Assembly (NCBI GenBank): GCA_003694545.1
Contig: RFKD01000051.1
Location: 4,505-68,504 of the forward strand
Origin: Candidatus Parcubacteria bacterium
GTDB lineage: Bacteria; Patescibacteriota; Minisyncoccia; Phycocordibacterales; UBA12088
DNA length: 64,000 nt
Direction: 5' to 3'
Made by a program: the position numbers and the translations under genes. The notes under the pieces were generated by a model that worked only from the letters and a program-made list of their open reading frames with translations, was not told the DNA's origin and did no database searches. This document shows positions 9,827 to 19,309 of the stretch, in pieces (position 1 is the first letter of the stretch; the number at the start of each line of letters is the position of its first letter).

Positions 9827-10600
9827 ATGCGCCTCGTCTCATGGAATGTTAACGGTTTGCGCGCGGTGGTGCGCAAGGGGGCGTGGCGGCCGTTTCTCCA
9901 GCGTTTTGCCGAGGCTGATGTAATCGGCCTTCAGGAAATAAAAGCCACCCCTGATCAGCTCCCTCCAGAGGCGCGCGCTCCAGAAGGGTGGCGCGCCTAC
10001 TTTCACCCCGCGAGCGTTAAAAAAGGCTACAGCGGTGTTGCGCTTTACACCCGGCGGGAGCCTGATGAAGTGCGCTATGAAATGGGATTTACCGACGAAG
10101 AAGGCAGAATTCTTGGAGCTCGCTTTGGCGATCGTTGGGTATTTTCCGTCTACTTTCCCAACGGAGGAGGCGCGCCCGAGCGCTTTACCTACAAACTTGA
10201 TTTTTACGCCCGCGTGCGTGACGAAGCGGCGCGTTTGACGCAAAGCGGATTTTCCGTTGTGTTGATGGGGGACTTTAATGTCGCGCACCAGCCGATCGAT
10301 TTAGCCCGCCCCAAGGAAAACGAAGGAATGATTGGCTTTCACCCCAAGGAGCGTGCGTGGTTCTCTTCCCTTCTTGCGGCGGGATTCGTCGACTCGTTTC
10401 GCCACTTGTCTCCCGCCCAAGAAGGCGCCTATTCTTGGTGGGATCTTATTACCCGCGCTCGCGAGCGCAATGTGGGCTGGCGCATTGACTACATTGTCGT
10501 GCCGCGGCAAGACGCAGCGGGCATACAGGAGGCCCAAGTGGTGCAGGATGTGCTCGGCTCGGACCACTGCCCGGTCGCACTTACGCTTGATGAGGTATAA
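9827..10600 (+). CDS. xth: Exodeoxyribonuclease III / AP endonuclease
   Basis: SWNVNGLRA, LQEIK, GYSGVA, GDFNVAH, GWRIDY, GSDHCPV. Confidence 0.96.
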   Translation: MRLVSWNVNGLRAVVRKGAWRPFLQRFAEADVIGLQEIKATPDQLPPEARAPEGWRAYFHPASVKKGYSGVALYTRREPDEVRYEMGFTDEEGRILGARFGDRWVFSVYFPNGGGAPERFTYKLDFYARVRDEAARLTQSGFSVVLMGDFNVAHQPIDLARPKENEGMIGFHPKERAWFSSLLAAGFVDSFRHLSPAQEGAYSWWDLITRARERNVGWRIDYIVVPRQDAAGIQEAQVVQDVLGSDHCPVALTLDEV

Positions 10601-10627
10601 AGGACACAAAGAAAACATAAAAGACAG

Positions 10628-10674
10628 TTATCCACAGGTTTGTCCTTTACAACTATTCCCCGCAGGTGTAATAT
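10628..10674 (+). promoter_or_regulatory. DnaA box followed by a sigma70-type promoter
   Basis: TTATCCACA at 10628-10636; TTTACA (10646-10651), 17-bp spacer, TAATAT (10669-10674). Confidence 0.6.
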
Positions 10675-10679
10675 CTTCT

Positions 10680-10955
10680 TCGGATCATAAATTAAGAGTG
10701 TGTCGCCACCACATTCGTTTGTTCTTTCTGTTCTTTGCGGGATCGTTGGACCAAGGGCGAGTTGGAGAGAGGTTTCCCCCTTCTCAACTCAACAAGCTCG
10801 AAAAGGTAGCGATCCACGAGCGGCTTTCAGCCGCAAGAGCGCCTGCTGTCCATAGATGGAGCGGGGTCTGGGAGGTGAAAAAATCCCCTCGCCTTTTCAC
10901 CTTCGAGATCCCGCCCCATCACGGGCACATTGCAGGCGCTCTTTTGCGTTTTTTA
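10680..10955 (+). ncRNA. Candidate structured non-coding RNA of unknown family
   Basis: Several stems with G-U pairs on the + strand, a long 3' hairpin (10835-10943) and a U-rich tail; promoter upstream; no credible ORF. Confidence 0.5.
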
Positions 10956-11030
10956 GGGCAGATTATGCAATTTTTTCAATCCATTTTCCACCATTGATTT
11001 GTTTGTTCCTTGTTGAGAAAATATAGCAAA

Positions 11031-12549
11031 TGTTTCTTAAGAAACAGCGATAATTTACCGAATTTTCGCGAAATATGTTTTCACGTGAAAACACCGGCGC
11101 CCATATGCACGCTCTACCCTTTGGGCCTTTCGGTGTACGGCGTTTTTTTTTGGAACCTCCAGCTAATGATGTTTAAAAGAAAGCAGCTAACTGGGTGTAT
11201 AGTTCTATTTTGGCTTTATTTTACAAGAAATTTTTTAAAATTTGAAAACTTTCACGATTCTGAGGAGGCTGTGTCTCTTCTCGACTGCATTTTTAATTGT
11301 TTTTTATATTTTGATATGGGATTTATCAGTAAATTTTTATATGGTTTCTTAAGAAACAACACTTTTGTTTTCACGTGAAAACTAAATGATAACGCAATAA
11401 AAAAGCGACTACCTACATTCCAAACCATCCCTGTTTCTTTTTGGCTTGCGTTTGGAAGTGCTCGCTACACCACGCCGTATTTTTTCAAAATCTCCTTTGT
11501 GGCGGCCTCTTCTGCCTCTTCTTTGGTTTTTTTGCCTTTTTCTCCAATCTGCCGCAGTTCTTCCTCTGGGAGAGCAAGGAGTTCTTGAGCTCGCGCGAGA
11601 AGGTACTCTCTGTTGTTTTTGGAAGGGTCTTCAAGTATCTCTTCGAGCAGAGCATGGAGCACCCAGCCAATCGCAGGCCCTGGTTTCACGTGAAAATGTT
11701 CCATAAGATTCGTCCCGTTGATAGCCAACATACTCACGGAAATCGGATCGCGCAGCGCCTGCTCCACCATTGCGGTGTATTTACGAAGCCGAAACGGCTG
11801 CTCTTTGGGTTTGCCGCTTCCAATGCGGTCGCACATACGCAGGTGGAGAAGATCCCAAATGTTTTCTTTTCCTACACGCTGGATGATGCGCCGAACGGCA
11901 GAGAGGGTAATTTTCTCGGGGTCAGCGAAAAACATATGCCAACGGACAAGCGCCACAACCTTATCCCGCAAGTCGTGGGGAAACTTTAGGCGGTCAAGCG
12001 CGCGTTTCGTGATCGCCGCCCCAACCACCTCATGGTTGTAGAATGTGTGGTCTCCCAAGGCCGGATCGTATGCTTTTGTGGCGGGTTTGCCGATGTCGTG
12101 GAGAAGGGCGGCAAGACGCACCGCAAGAGAAAAGTTTCGGTCGGCGGCATGCTGTACGGAGCGCACAAGATGCTCAAACACATCGTAAATATGGGAGCGG
12201 TTTTGCCCAACATCATAGGTTTCCTCAAGCTCGGGTAACACATAGCGCATAAGGCCGGTTTGGCGCAGCAACGCCATGCCAACTGCCGGGCTGGGGGAGG
12301 CAATAATGCGGATAAACTCATCACGAATTCGCTCGCGAGAAATGTGCTCAAGCAGGGGGGCGTTTTGCGCAATAGCAGTGAGCGTTTCCCCTTCAATGGC
12401 AAGGTTCAATTCAGCGGCAAGCCGAATGGCTCTCAACATCCTTAGTGCGTCTTCAGAAAACCGCTGATTTGGATCTCCTACCGCTCGGATAATTTCCCGG
12501 CGTAAGTCCTCCAATCCGCCAAAGGTATCTATTAAATTTTCACGTGAAA
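11031..12549. promoter_or_regulatory. Cluster of parS-type palindromes
   Basis: TTTCACGTGAAA at 11079-11090, 11369-11380, 11684-11695 and 12538-12549; TGTTTCTTAAGAAACA at 11031-11046 and GTTTCTTAAGAAAC at 11344-11357. Confidence 0.6.
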
Positions 12550-12949
12550 TAGAGTACGCCATCGCGTTGATGGTGAAATCGCGCCGCGCGAGGTCTTCTT
12601 CAAGGGAATCCGTAAAAGACACCTCTAAAGGACGCCGAAAATCTGCGTAAGTCCCCTCTGTCCTATACGGCGTTACCTCCACCACTTCGGTGGCTGGGTT
12701 GCCGCTCTCTGTCACCACACCCACGGTTCCAAATTCGTTGTTGTAGTAGGTGTGAGGAAAAAGCCGCTGAATTTTTTCCGGCGTGGCGTTCGTGGTGATG
12801 TCCCAGTCTTTCGGCTCTTTCCCCAAGAGAAGATCCCGCACGCATCCCCCAACGAGGTAGGCTTCGTAACCAGCCTTTTCAAGAGCTTGGGCGACTTCTT
12901 TCACCTCTGGGGGTATGTTGGCAGGAGGAATGGTGGAGGCGGCACGCAT
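11465..12949 (-). CDS. cca: CCA tRNA nucleotidyltransferase with HD domain
   Basis: LVGGCVRDLL..DWDITT, DLARRDFTINA, EDALRMLRAIR, LLHDIGK. Confidence 0.95.
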   Translation of the reverse strand: MRAASTIPPANIPPEVKEVAQALEKAGYEAYLVGGCVRDLLLGKEPKDWDITTNATPEKIQRLFPHTYYNNEFGTVGVVTESGNPATEVVEVTPYRTEGTYADFRRPLEVSFTDSLEEDLARRDFTINAMAYSISRENLIDTFGGLEDLRREIIRAVGDPNQRFSEDALRMLRAIRLAAELNLAIEGETLTAIAQNAPLLEHISRERIRDEFIRIIASPSPAVGMALLRQTGLMRYVLPELEETYDVGQNRSHIYDVFEHLVRSVQHAADRNFSLAVRLAALLHDIGKPATKAYDPALGDHTFYNHEVVGAAITKRALDRLKFPHDLRDKVVALVRWHMFFADPEKITLSAVRRIIQRVGKENIWDLLHLRMCDRIGSGKPKEQPFRLRKYTAMVEQALRDPISVSMLAINGTNLMEHFHVKPGPAIGWVLHALLEEILEDPSKNNREYLLARAQELLALPEEELRQIGEKGKKTKEEAEEAATKEILKKYGVV

Positions 12950-13024
12950 ATTGCTATGCGTCTACCTTACCGCACCCTCAGTAAAAAACCAATGGTCCGA
13001 ACATTCTTATCGCGCTCCACGTTT

Positions 13025-13576
13025 CTAAGCGCTTTCGTTGTTGTCTGAGCCGCTGTCGGAAGAAGGGGGTATTATTGGACGAAAGGCGATGCTTTGGATT
13101 TCTGCATAAATGTTGTCCAGAGTAGCCAAGTCCTGTTCGAGAATTTGTCGAGTTTCTTGAACCCTTTTGAGGGAATTTTGATATTGATGCTTTTCCACAG
13201 AGTTGGGCGGCAGGGAATCTATCTGCTGTTGTATCGCGGTCTCTAACTTAACCAGAAACTCGTGATACTTTTGCCACTCCTGCTGAATGGGTTGGACTGT
13301 GCGCTGAAACACTGGCCAATCGATAGCATGCAGTTCGTTGAGTAGGTTTTGAATTCGAATAGTCAGGCTGATTTCGCGTTCTTTGAGTATTTGCCAAATT
13401 AGTTGTGCTCTTGTGTCTAAGATAGGAAGCTCTGCTACCTTATCAAGACGTAGGCGCACCTTAGTTAGATCCTGAAGCATCAGTTCCGCCACTTCGCGAG
13501 TTTTTCGCACATCTTCAGCGGTAAAGGCTACAGACACGGGCACTTCACCACCCTTTGGAGATTTTGGTTTTTCCAT
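13025..13576 (-). CDS. Orphan alpha-helical hypothetical protein
   Basis: Open frame from ATG 13576 with TGCTATCAT 7 nt upstream; Q/E/L-rich; AT-richer than the backbone. Confidence 0.65.
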   Translation of the reverse strand: MEKPKSPKGGEVPVSVAFTAEDVRKTREVAELMLQDLTKVRLRLDKVAELPILDTRAQLIWQILKEREISLTIRIQNLLNELHAIDWPVFQRTVQPIQQEWQKYHEFLVKLETAIQQQIDSLPPNSVEKHQYQNSLKRVQETRQILEQDLATLDNIYAEIQSIAFRPIIPPSSDSGSDNNESA

Positions 13577-13599
13577 CGCAAATATGATAGCATACTCCC

Positions 13600-13672
13600 G
13601 CGCCCGTAGCTCAATGGATAGAGCGTCTGGCTTCGGACCAGAAGGCTGGGGGTTCGAGTCCTCCCGGGCGCG
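13600..13672 (+). tRNA. tRNA-Arg (anticodon TCG), CCA not encoded
   Basis: Acceptor GCGCCCG/CGGGCGC, anticodon arm TCTGG-CTTCGGA-CCAGA, T-loop GTTCGAG. Confidence 0.96.
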
Positions 13673-13808
13673 CAAAACAAGGAGGCGAACGCGAAGCGTT
13701 CGCCGACTGTGTCTTTGCGCTGCCCGGGGGGCCTCGAACTGAGCGCGCCACGAAGTCGCCCCGCGCACGCGCGGGGCGGGCGCGCGAAGCCGGGGTCGCG
13801 AGTTCTTA
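13673..13808 (+). repeat. tRNA-linked hairpin element, 3'-truncated copy
   Basis: CAAAACAAGGAG...GCGAAGC...TCGAACTGAG...CGGGGTCGCGAGTTCTTAG is shared with the copies at 21193-21387 and 51930-52124. Confidence 0.85.
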
Positions 13809-13963
13809 GGGGACGCACGGAGCGAGAGGCACCACTTCTCTTTTGACGCATAACACTCCCAATCGTTTCATACACAAAGGAGACCCGGTGTCTCGTGGTG
13901 ATTCTGACACACCGCGGCGGTTTATTTGGAAGTGGTAAGAGCCCTCAGCCGCCCGGTAGGGTA

Positions 13964-13995
13964 TCGACAAAACGCTTGTCGAGTTTGCTAAGATG
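13964..13995 (+). promoter_or_regulatory. Inverted repeat over the putative promoter of the accessory operon
   Basis: TCGACAA-N5-TTGTCGA (13964-13982) followed by TGCTAAGAT (extended -10-like). Confidence 0.35.
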
Positions 13996-14039
13996 AGGGG
14001 GTGGGTGAGTGAGATTAGCAGGGTAGTGTTTTTTGCGCT

Positions 14040-14669
14040 ATGACGCTTGGCTTTATTGCTTCTCCTGTTTTCGCGCATGGGTTGGCGGAAAAAGGAGGCG
14101 GCAGCGGGTGGGACTTCCTGTTTCGTCACAACCCGCCGTTTGAGACAGTAAGTGGAACGCTGATGGTGGGGGCACTGGTGATAGCGGTGGCTGTGGGTCT
14201 CTTCCTCTTTTGGCGGCAATGGAGGACGGGGCGGGCTTCTTGGGTACAGTACAGCGCGTGGGCTTACGCAGCGATGTTTTTCCTTACAACAGCACTCACC
14301 TACATCCCCGGCGTCTCGGACGCGGAGGGAAATTTTCTCGGTTTATTCCGGCTCGATCTTATTGATGACCTCCTGCATTTCGGTTCCGGGGTGTGGGCAA
14401 TGCTTGCTGCGTGGCATTCCACTCGCGCGTCGCTCGCCTACTTCCGCATCTTTGGAAGTCTGTACCTCCTTGACGCGGCGGTCGGATTGGTTACCCAACG
14501 GGGGATTCTCGATTTAGGCGTTTTTCTCGCCGAATATCCCAACCTTTCGGTGTGGGAAACAGTCGGAGCCAACCTGCCCCATATTCTGATTGGCGGCATT
14601 GCGGTGCTCATCGGCTTTGTTTGGGGGCGCAACACGCAAGGTCGCCCTAACGCAACGCGCGACGCGTAA
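14040..14669 (+). CDS. Multi-pass membrane protein (DUF4383-like)
   Basis: Several hydrophobic helices; FLGLFRLDLIDDLLHFGSG and ANLPHILIG motifs. Confidence 0.7.
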   Translation: MTLGFIASPVFAHGLAEKGGGSGWDFLFRHNPPFETVSGTLMVGALVIAVAVGLFLFWRQWRTGRASWVQYSAWAYAAMFFLTTALTYIPGVSDAEGNFLGLFRLDLIDDLLHFGSGVWAMLAAWHSTRASLAYFRIFGSLYLLDAAVGLVTQRGILDLGVFLAEYPNLSVWETVGANLPHILIGGIAVLIGFVWGRNTQGRPNATRDA

Positions 14670-14671
14670 GC

Positions 14672-15871
14672 ATGTTTCGCGACCTTCTTCACCTTTTCCA
14701 AAAAGGGTGGGGGCGCTTACAAGAGCGTGTGGGTCGCTTTGCGGCGCGATGGCGGCGTGTTGGTGCGAGAAGGCGGCGATGGATCTGGTGGGGAACCGGA
14801 GTCCTTCTTTGCTTTTTGGCGTCGCCGTTGGTGAGCTTTTTTGTTGTGTGGGGCATTTGTCGACAGGAGGAAGTCCCCCCGATTGTTGCTCAAACGGACG
14901 CGAGTGGGGAATTTGCGCGCCGGGTTGCCCCCCGGCCGCTCCGGCCAGAGGCGGCAACCCTGCTTACCTTTCCCGAATGGTATATCGTGTATAACGCTCG
15001 TGAATACGCGGAATTTCTCGAGAACAATCCCCCGTCACGCTTCCCGTACGCTCGGGCAATAGGGGCGTATTGGCAATCCGTGTGCCGCACCACGGCGGCG
15101 ACACGCGAGACCTACCCCCTTTCCCAGCTTCGTGACGGATTGATCACGCTTCATGTGATAGGGCCAAGTTTCACGCTCGAAACTATCCTGAGTGGCGCGT
15201 ATGAAACGACGCTGGGGCGACTGGTTTTTTGGTTAGGAGGAAGTTATACCGAAGAAGATCAGATAGCGGGAGAGGTCGCGCGCGAGTACGCGGTCTTTTT
15301 GGAGTATACGCCATGGTACGAGTTTCCTTACATGCAGGCGCTTGCCCGCCTCTGGACGGAGGCATCGTGGTGGGGGCCCCATGTGGCACGGAAATGGGAG
15401 CGGAAGATCGCGTTATCACTTGGATACGGAGCGAAAGCGTTGTATGCTGGGGTTATGCGCTGGGTAACGCGAACAACCTATGGCGTGCAGGACCCCACAA
15501 CCTATGCGGTTATTGCGGCTCCAGAGCCGCCTTCAATCCCTCCTGAAGTTGAGGTGGTTGCCCGGAGCGATGACTATGTAGTGCTCCGGCTGCCGCGCTA
15601 TGCTGCCCTTGTTCCCGCCGTGGTGGCGTTGGCGCAGGAAGGGGCCACATTCCTTTCTCTTGAGGGCAATAACTCCATTGCGGCCTCGTTTCTCGTGCCA
15701 AAAGGGGAAGCGATTCCTCCCGCGTGGGGGCAGGAAGTGGTGCGACTTGCGGTTTTGTCACGCCCGGGGGTAGAGCGGGTGCTGGTTGTGTTGCCGGTGC
15801 GACGTTTGGCAGAGGTGTTGCGCGCGGCGCAGCACAGCCCCATGCAACTGGATCATGTGTATGACTACTAG
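14672..15871 (+). CDS. Conserved hypothetical membrane-anchored protein (PEWYIVY motif)
   Basis: 399-aa ORF in tight operon spacing; N-terminal TM helix; LTFPEWYIVY and TPWYEFPY motifs. Confidence 0.75.
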   Translation: MFRDLLHLFQKGWGRLQERVGRFAARWRRVGARRRRWIWWGTGVLLCFLASPLVSFFVVWGICRQEEVPPIVAQTDASGEFARRVAPRPLRPEAATLLTFPEWYIVYNAREYAEFLENNPPSRFPYARAIGAYWQSVCRTTAATRETYPLSQLRDGLITLHVIGPSFTLETILSGAYETTLGRLVFWLGGSYTEEDQIAGEVAREYAVFLEYTPWYEFPYMQALARLWTEASWWGPHVARKWERKIALSLGYGAKALYAGVMRWVTRTTYGVQDPTTYAVIAAPEPPSIPPEVEVVARSDDYVVLRLPRYAALVPAVVALAQEGATFLSLEGNNSIAASFLVPKGEAIPPAWGQEVVRLAVLSRPGVERVLVVLPVRRLAEVLRAAQHSPMQLDHVYDY

Positions 15872-16943
15872 CCCGCTACCGCAGACACAATCACGATCGG
15901 GGCGCATCCGATTTCATTTTTTTGGACAGCGGTGGGGAAAGCGCCTCGGGAAGGCGGGCTTGGTTGCGCTTGTTTGTCTGATAGCGACTCTCTGGGGTTT
16001 TTGGGGTTGGAGCGTGGTGCGAGAACGCGAAGACCCCCACCGCAGCGCGCCCCCGTCAGGAGCGTTTGTGGAGAGCGACGACGGGGTGATGGTGTTTTAT
16101 CAGACTCGCGCAGAGCCGACGAACCCTGCCGTCCTTCTCTTGCATGGGACAGAGGTATGGAGTGCTTCGTGGGGCTTGCTGCTTGATGATCTTGCTGAGG
16201 AAGGTTTGTTTGTCGTCGCGCCGGACCTGCCCCCGTTTGGATTTTCCACCAAGCTGAAAGATCCCCACAGCTACACGCCCGAAGCGCAAGTACGCCGCAT
16301 TTACGCGCTTCTCACCCACCTTGGGGTGAGGCGGGTTCATCTTGTGGCACATTCAGCCGGAGCCCCAGTCGCACTCGCTTTCGCGCGCGCCTATCCCCAG
16401 CAGGCGCAATCGTTGACACTCATTGCGCCAGCGATCGGCTTGTTGCCCAACGATCCGTTCGTGGTTGATGAAACCGCACGCACATCTTCGCCGTTTCTCC
16501 GGGTGGTGTTTGGGTGGGATCAATTGCGCGATGTGCTTGTGGCTGCCGTGGGCACCAACCCTTGGCTCACGCGGCTTTTGTTCGCCCGGCTTGTAGCAGA
16601 CCCCGCGAGCATTACCGAGAAGGATATCGCGCTGGTACAACGGCAATTTACCCTTGCGCAGTTTACTCCCGCTTTTGCCAGCTGGTTGGAACAGCTCCTT
16701 CTCCTTCAGACCCCCGCGGATAACGCGCTCCTTGATTATCTTGACGCGACTGGCATTCCCATTCTTTTCGTATGGGGAACCAAAGACCCGTTAACGCCAT
16801 TTGCTCAGGCTTTGTGGTTGCGCGAGCGCCTGTCGCGTGCGACACTGGTGACGATACCGGATGTGGGGCACATTCCCCAGCTGGAGGCGTATGCGCAAGT
16901 GCGGGATGCGGTGGCGCAATTTGTGCGCAAGCAAGCTTCCTAA
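15861..16943 (+). CDS. Membrane-anchored alpha/beta hydrolase
   Basis: LLLHG, APDLPPFGFS, nucleophile AHSAG, WGTKD, GHIPQLE. Confidence 0.9.
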   Translation: MTTSPLPQTQSRSGRIRFHFFGQRWGKRLGKAGLVALVCLIATLWGFWGWSVVREREDPHRSAPPSGAFVESDDGVMVFYQTRAEPTNPAVLLLHGTEVWSASWGLLLDDLAEEGLFVVAPDLPPFGFSTKLKDPHSYTPEAQVRRIYALLTHLGVRRVHLVAHSAGAPVALAFARAYPQQAQSLTLIAPAIGLLPNDPFVVDETARTSSPFLRVVFGWDQLRDVLVAAVGTNPWLTRLLFARLVADPASITEKDIALVQRQFTLAQFTPAFASWLEQLLLLQTPADNALLDYLDATGIPILFVWGTKDPLTPFAQALWLRERLSRATLVTIPDVGHIPQLEAYAQVRDAVAQFVRKQAS

Positions 16944-16961
16944 TCGCGGTTCTTCACCGGT

Positions 16962-18671
16962 ATGACGCGGCTCAAGGAGCCTCGGTTGTTTCGAAGGGTT
17001 TTGCGGATGCGGGGAATTCGCAAACCCGCCGTTCTTGCCTCTGTCGTGTTGCTTGCCGCAAGCGTTTTTGCGGGAAAGCGCATTGCAGAGCTCGCTACTG
17101 ATCCCCGTGGCGAAAAAACCTGTCCGCCTCTTTTTCCGGAATGGCTCGAAGGAGACGAAAGTCGCATTATTTTCGCTCCGCACCCCGCGACGCTCCCATG
17201 GCGCCAAATCAGGGGATACATTGATGACGCCAGTTGCCTCGATCGAACGGCGGTTTATGGCATTGTTGCCGTTCGTACCGAAGAGGATATCCGCAACGCG
17301 CTGGCTTTCGCCCGGGAGCATAACCTCAAAGTGTCGCTGGCGGGTGTGCGTCACTCTATGGGCGGGCACGCGTTTGCTCGCGGCGCGCTCGTTCTTGATA
17401 TGCGAGGCTACAACCAAATGCGACTCGATGAAGAACGCAAAATTCTCACGGTCCAGAGCGGTGCCACATGGCACGACATCCAAAACTTCCTCCATCCGCG
17501 TTTCGCTGTGCGCGCGATGCAGTCGAGCGATATTTTTACGGTTGGGGGTTCTCTTGCCGTTAACGCGCACGGAATGGATCATCGCGTGGGGTCGCTTGCA
17601 AACACCCTCAAGTCCTTCCGGCTGATGTTGCCGGATGGGTCTGTCGTGCGGGTGAGTCGAACCGAAAACGCCGAGCTCTTTCCGCTGGTGGTGGGTGGAT
17701 ACGGGTTGTTTGGGGTTGTGCTTGACGCTGAGATAGAAGTCACGGAAAATCCCGTGCTCGAGTCACGCCGCGAACTTATTGATTACCAACAATTTCCACG
17801 AGTGTTTCAGGAGCGCATTGAGCCGGATCCCAGCATAGAGCTCTTTTACGGGCACCTTTCCACCGCTCCCGGCAAGACCTTCTTGCGCGAGCTGCTGCTG
17901 TACACCTATGTGCGGAAAGCCGATGCGGAGAATCTGACAATTCCGCCCTTAGAGGAAGTGCGCGGGGTAAAACTACGCCGTTTCATTTTCAACCTTGCCA
18001 AGCAGGGGGCGATCCCTATGAAGCTTAAATGGTGGGCAGAAAAGCGCGTTGAGCCGCTTTTTGAAAGCTGCGCGGTTTCGCGCAATCAGGCAATGGCTTC
18101 GGGCGAGGCGTGCCTTGTCTCGCGCAATGAGCCTATGCACGATTCTGTGCCGTACTTGCGCAACAACCTTCGCAACGAAACGGATATTTTGCAGGAATAC
18201 TACATTCCTCGCGGCGAATTTGTGGGGTTTGTGGACGATGTGCGCCGCGTGTTGGAGCGGTACCCCACCATTCGTCTTCTCAACGCTTCCGTGCGAGTTG
18301 TGCACGCGGAGCGGGACATCCTGCTGAATTACTCTCCGCAAGAATCGTTTGCCATTGTTCTGTATCTCAACCAACCGACAACCCCCGAAGGGAACGCCAT
18401 TATGCGCTCGCTCACCCAAGAACTTATCGATGCGGTCCATAAGCACGGGGGAAAGTTTTTCCTTCCTTACCAACCTCACTACACCACAGAGCAGCTTCTC
18501 ACCTCCTACCCGAACCTATGGGAGTTTCTTGCTGCCAAGCTCCACTACGACCCGCACGAGGTGCTGGAAAGCAACTTCTACCGCATGCTCAAAGAACGGC
18601 TTCAGGCGCTGGGAGTATGGCCTCTCCAACCAACCGAGGATAACAACGCCACAACCGCGCGCACGACATAA
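16962..18671 (+). CDS. FAD-linked oxidoreductase (FAD_binding_4 / VAO-like)
   Basis: AGVRHSMGGH, TVGGSLAVNAHG, GGYGLFGVV, KLHYDPHEVLESNFY. Confidence 0.9.
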   Translation: MTRLKEPRLFRRVLRMRGIRKPAVLASVVLLAASVFAGKRIAELATDPRGEKTCPPLFPEWLEGDESRIIFAPHPATLPWRQIRGYIDDASCLDRTAVYGIVAVRTEEDIRNALAFAREHNLKVSLAGVRHSMGGHAFARGALVLDMRGYNQMRLDEERKILTVQSGATWHDIQNFLHPRFAVRAMQSSDIFTVGGSLAVNAHGMDHRVGSLANTLKSFRLMLPDGSVVRVSRTENAELFPLVVGGYGLFGVVLDAEIEVTENPVLESRRELIDYQQFPRVFQERIEPDPSIELFYGHLSTAPGKTFLRELLLYTYVRKADAENLTIPPLEEVRGVKLRRFIFNLAKQGAIPMKLKWWAEKRVEPLFESCAVSRNQAMASGEACLVSRNEPMHDSVPYLRNNLRNETDILQEYYIPRGEFVGFVDDVRRVLERYPTIRLLNASVRVVHAERDILLNYSPQESFAIVLYLNQPTTPEGNAIMRSLTQELIDAVHKHGGKFFLPYQPHYTTEQLLTSYPNLWEFLAAKLHYDPHEVLESNFYRMLKERLQALGVWPLQPTEDNNATTARTT

Positions 18672-18674
18672 GGT

Positions 18675-19259
18675 ATGAGAGGGAAACTGCTCGTTTTTGG
18701 GCTCTACAGCGCCGGAATTGCTGTGGTGCTGGTTTTTGGTTGGGTTGCGACGTTTTCGTCGGGTGAGGAGAGCGAAGCGCCCACACCAACCTCCTCCCCC
18801 TTACTGATTCCTACCGCACCACTACCGCCCCTTCTCGCGGCGCATCCGGCGCTCACCATTCCGCTCACCACGCTCGAAGACACACCAACTGCCCTGCAAC
18901 GATGGGGGCGGGGAACCGTAGTAGTGTTACTATGGGCGAGCTGGTGTGAGGTGTGTGTGGGGGAACTGGATGAACTGGCGCAAGCTGCCGCGCAGATGAG
19001 CCCGCGTGTCACCTTTGTTGTCGTCAACCGGGCGGAACCACTTGAAACCACAAAAGAAGTAAAACAGAAAATCGAGCTTGCGCAAAAGGGCAGAACGGAA
19101 AATCTCGTCTTTCTTTCAGACCCTCGCGACGCGCTGTTTGGGAGCTTCCAAGGAAGGGGGATGCCGCTTATTGTTGTGTTGCGTGACGGAAAAGAAGTGG
19201 CGCGCTTTGAGCGCTTCGCTGACGAAGAGGAAATACGCGCTGTTGTTGGTGCGCTGTGA
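18675..19259 (+). CDS. TlpA/ResA-like membrane-anchored thioredoxin
   Basis: N-terminal TM helix; LWASWCEVC; GMP cis-Pro loop. Confidence 0.88.
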   Translation: MRGKLLVFGLYSAGIAVVLVFGWVATFSSGEESEAPTPTSSPLLIPTAPLPPLLAAHPALTIPLTTLEDTPTALQRWGRGTVVVLLWASWCEVCVGELDELAQAAAQMSPRVTFVVVNRAEPLETTKEVKQKIELAQKGRTENLVFLSDPRDALFGSFQGRGMPLIVVLRDGKEVARFERFADEEEIRAVVGAL

Positions 19260-19309
19260 GCAACAGGAGGCCCCCCAAGCAAATCTAGCGGGCTGTTTCG
19301 GGTTTCACC

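Noticed and set aside
10332-11378. ORFs 10332-10997 and 11010-11378
   Set aside because: The first overlaps xth and the structured RNA; the second is a Phe-rich by-product of T-rich DNA containing palindromes.
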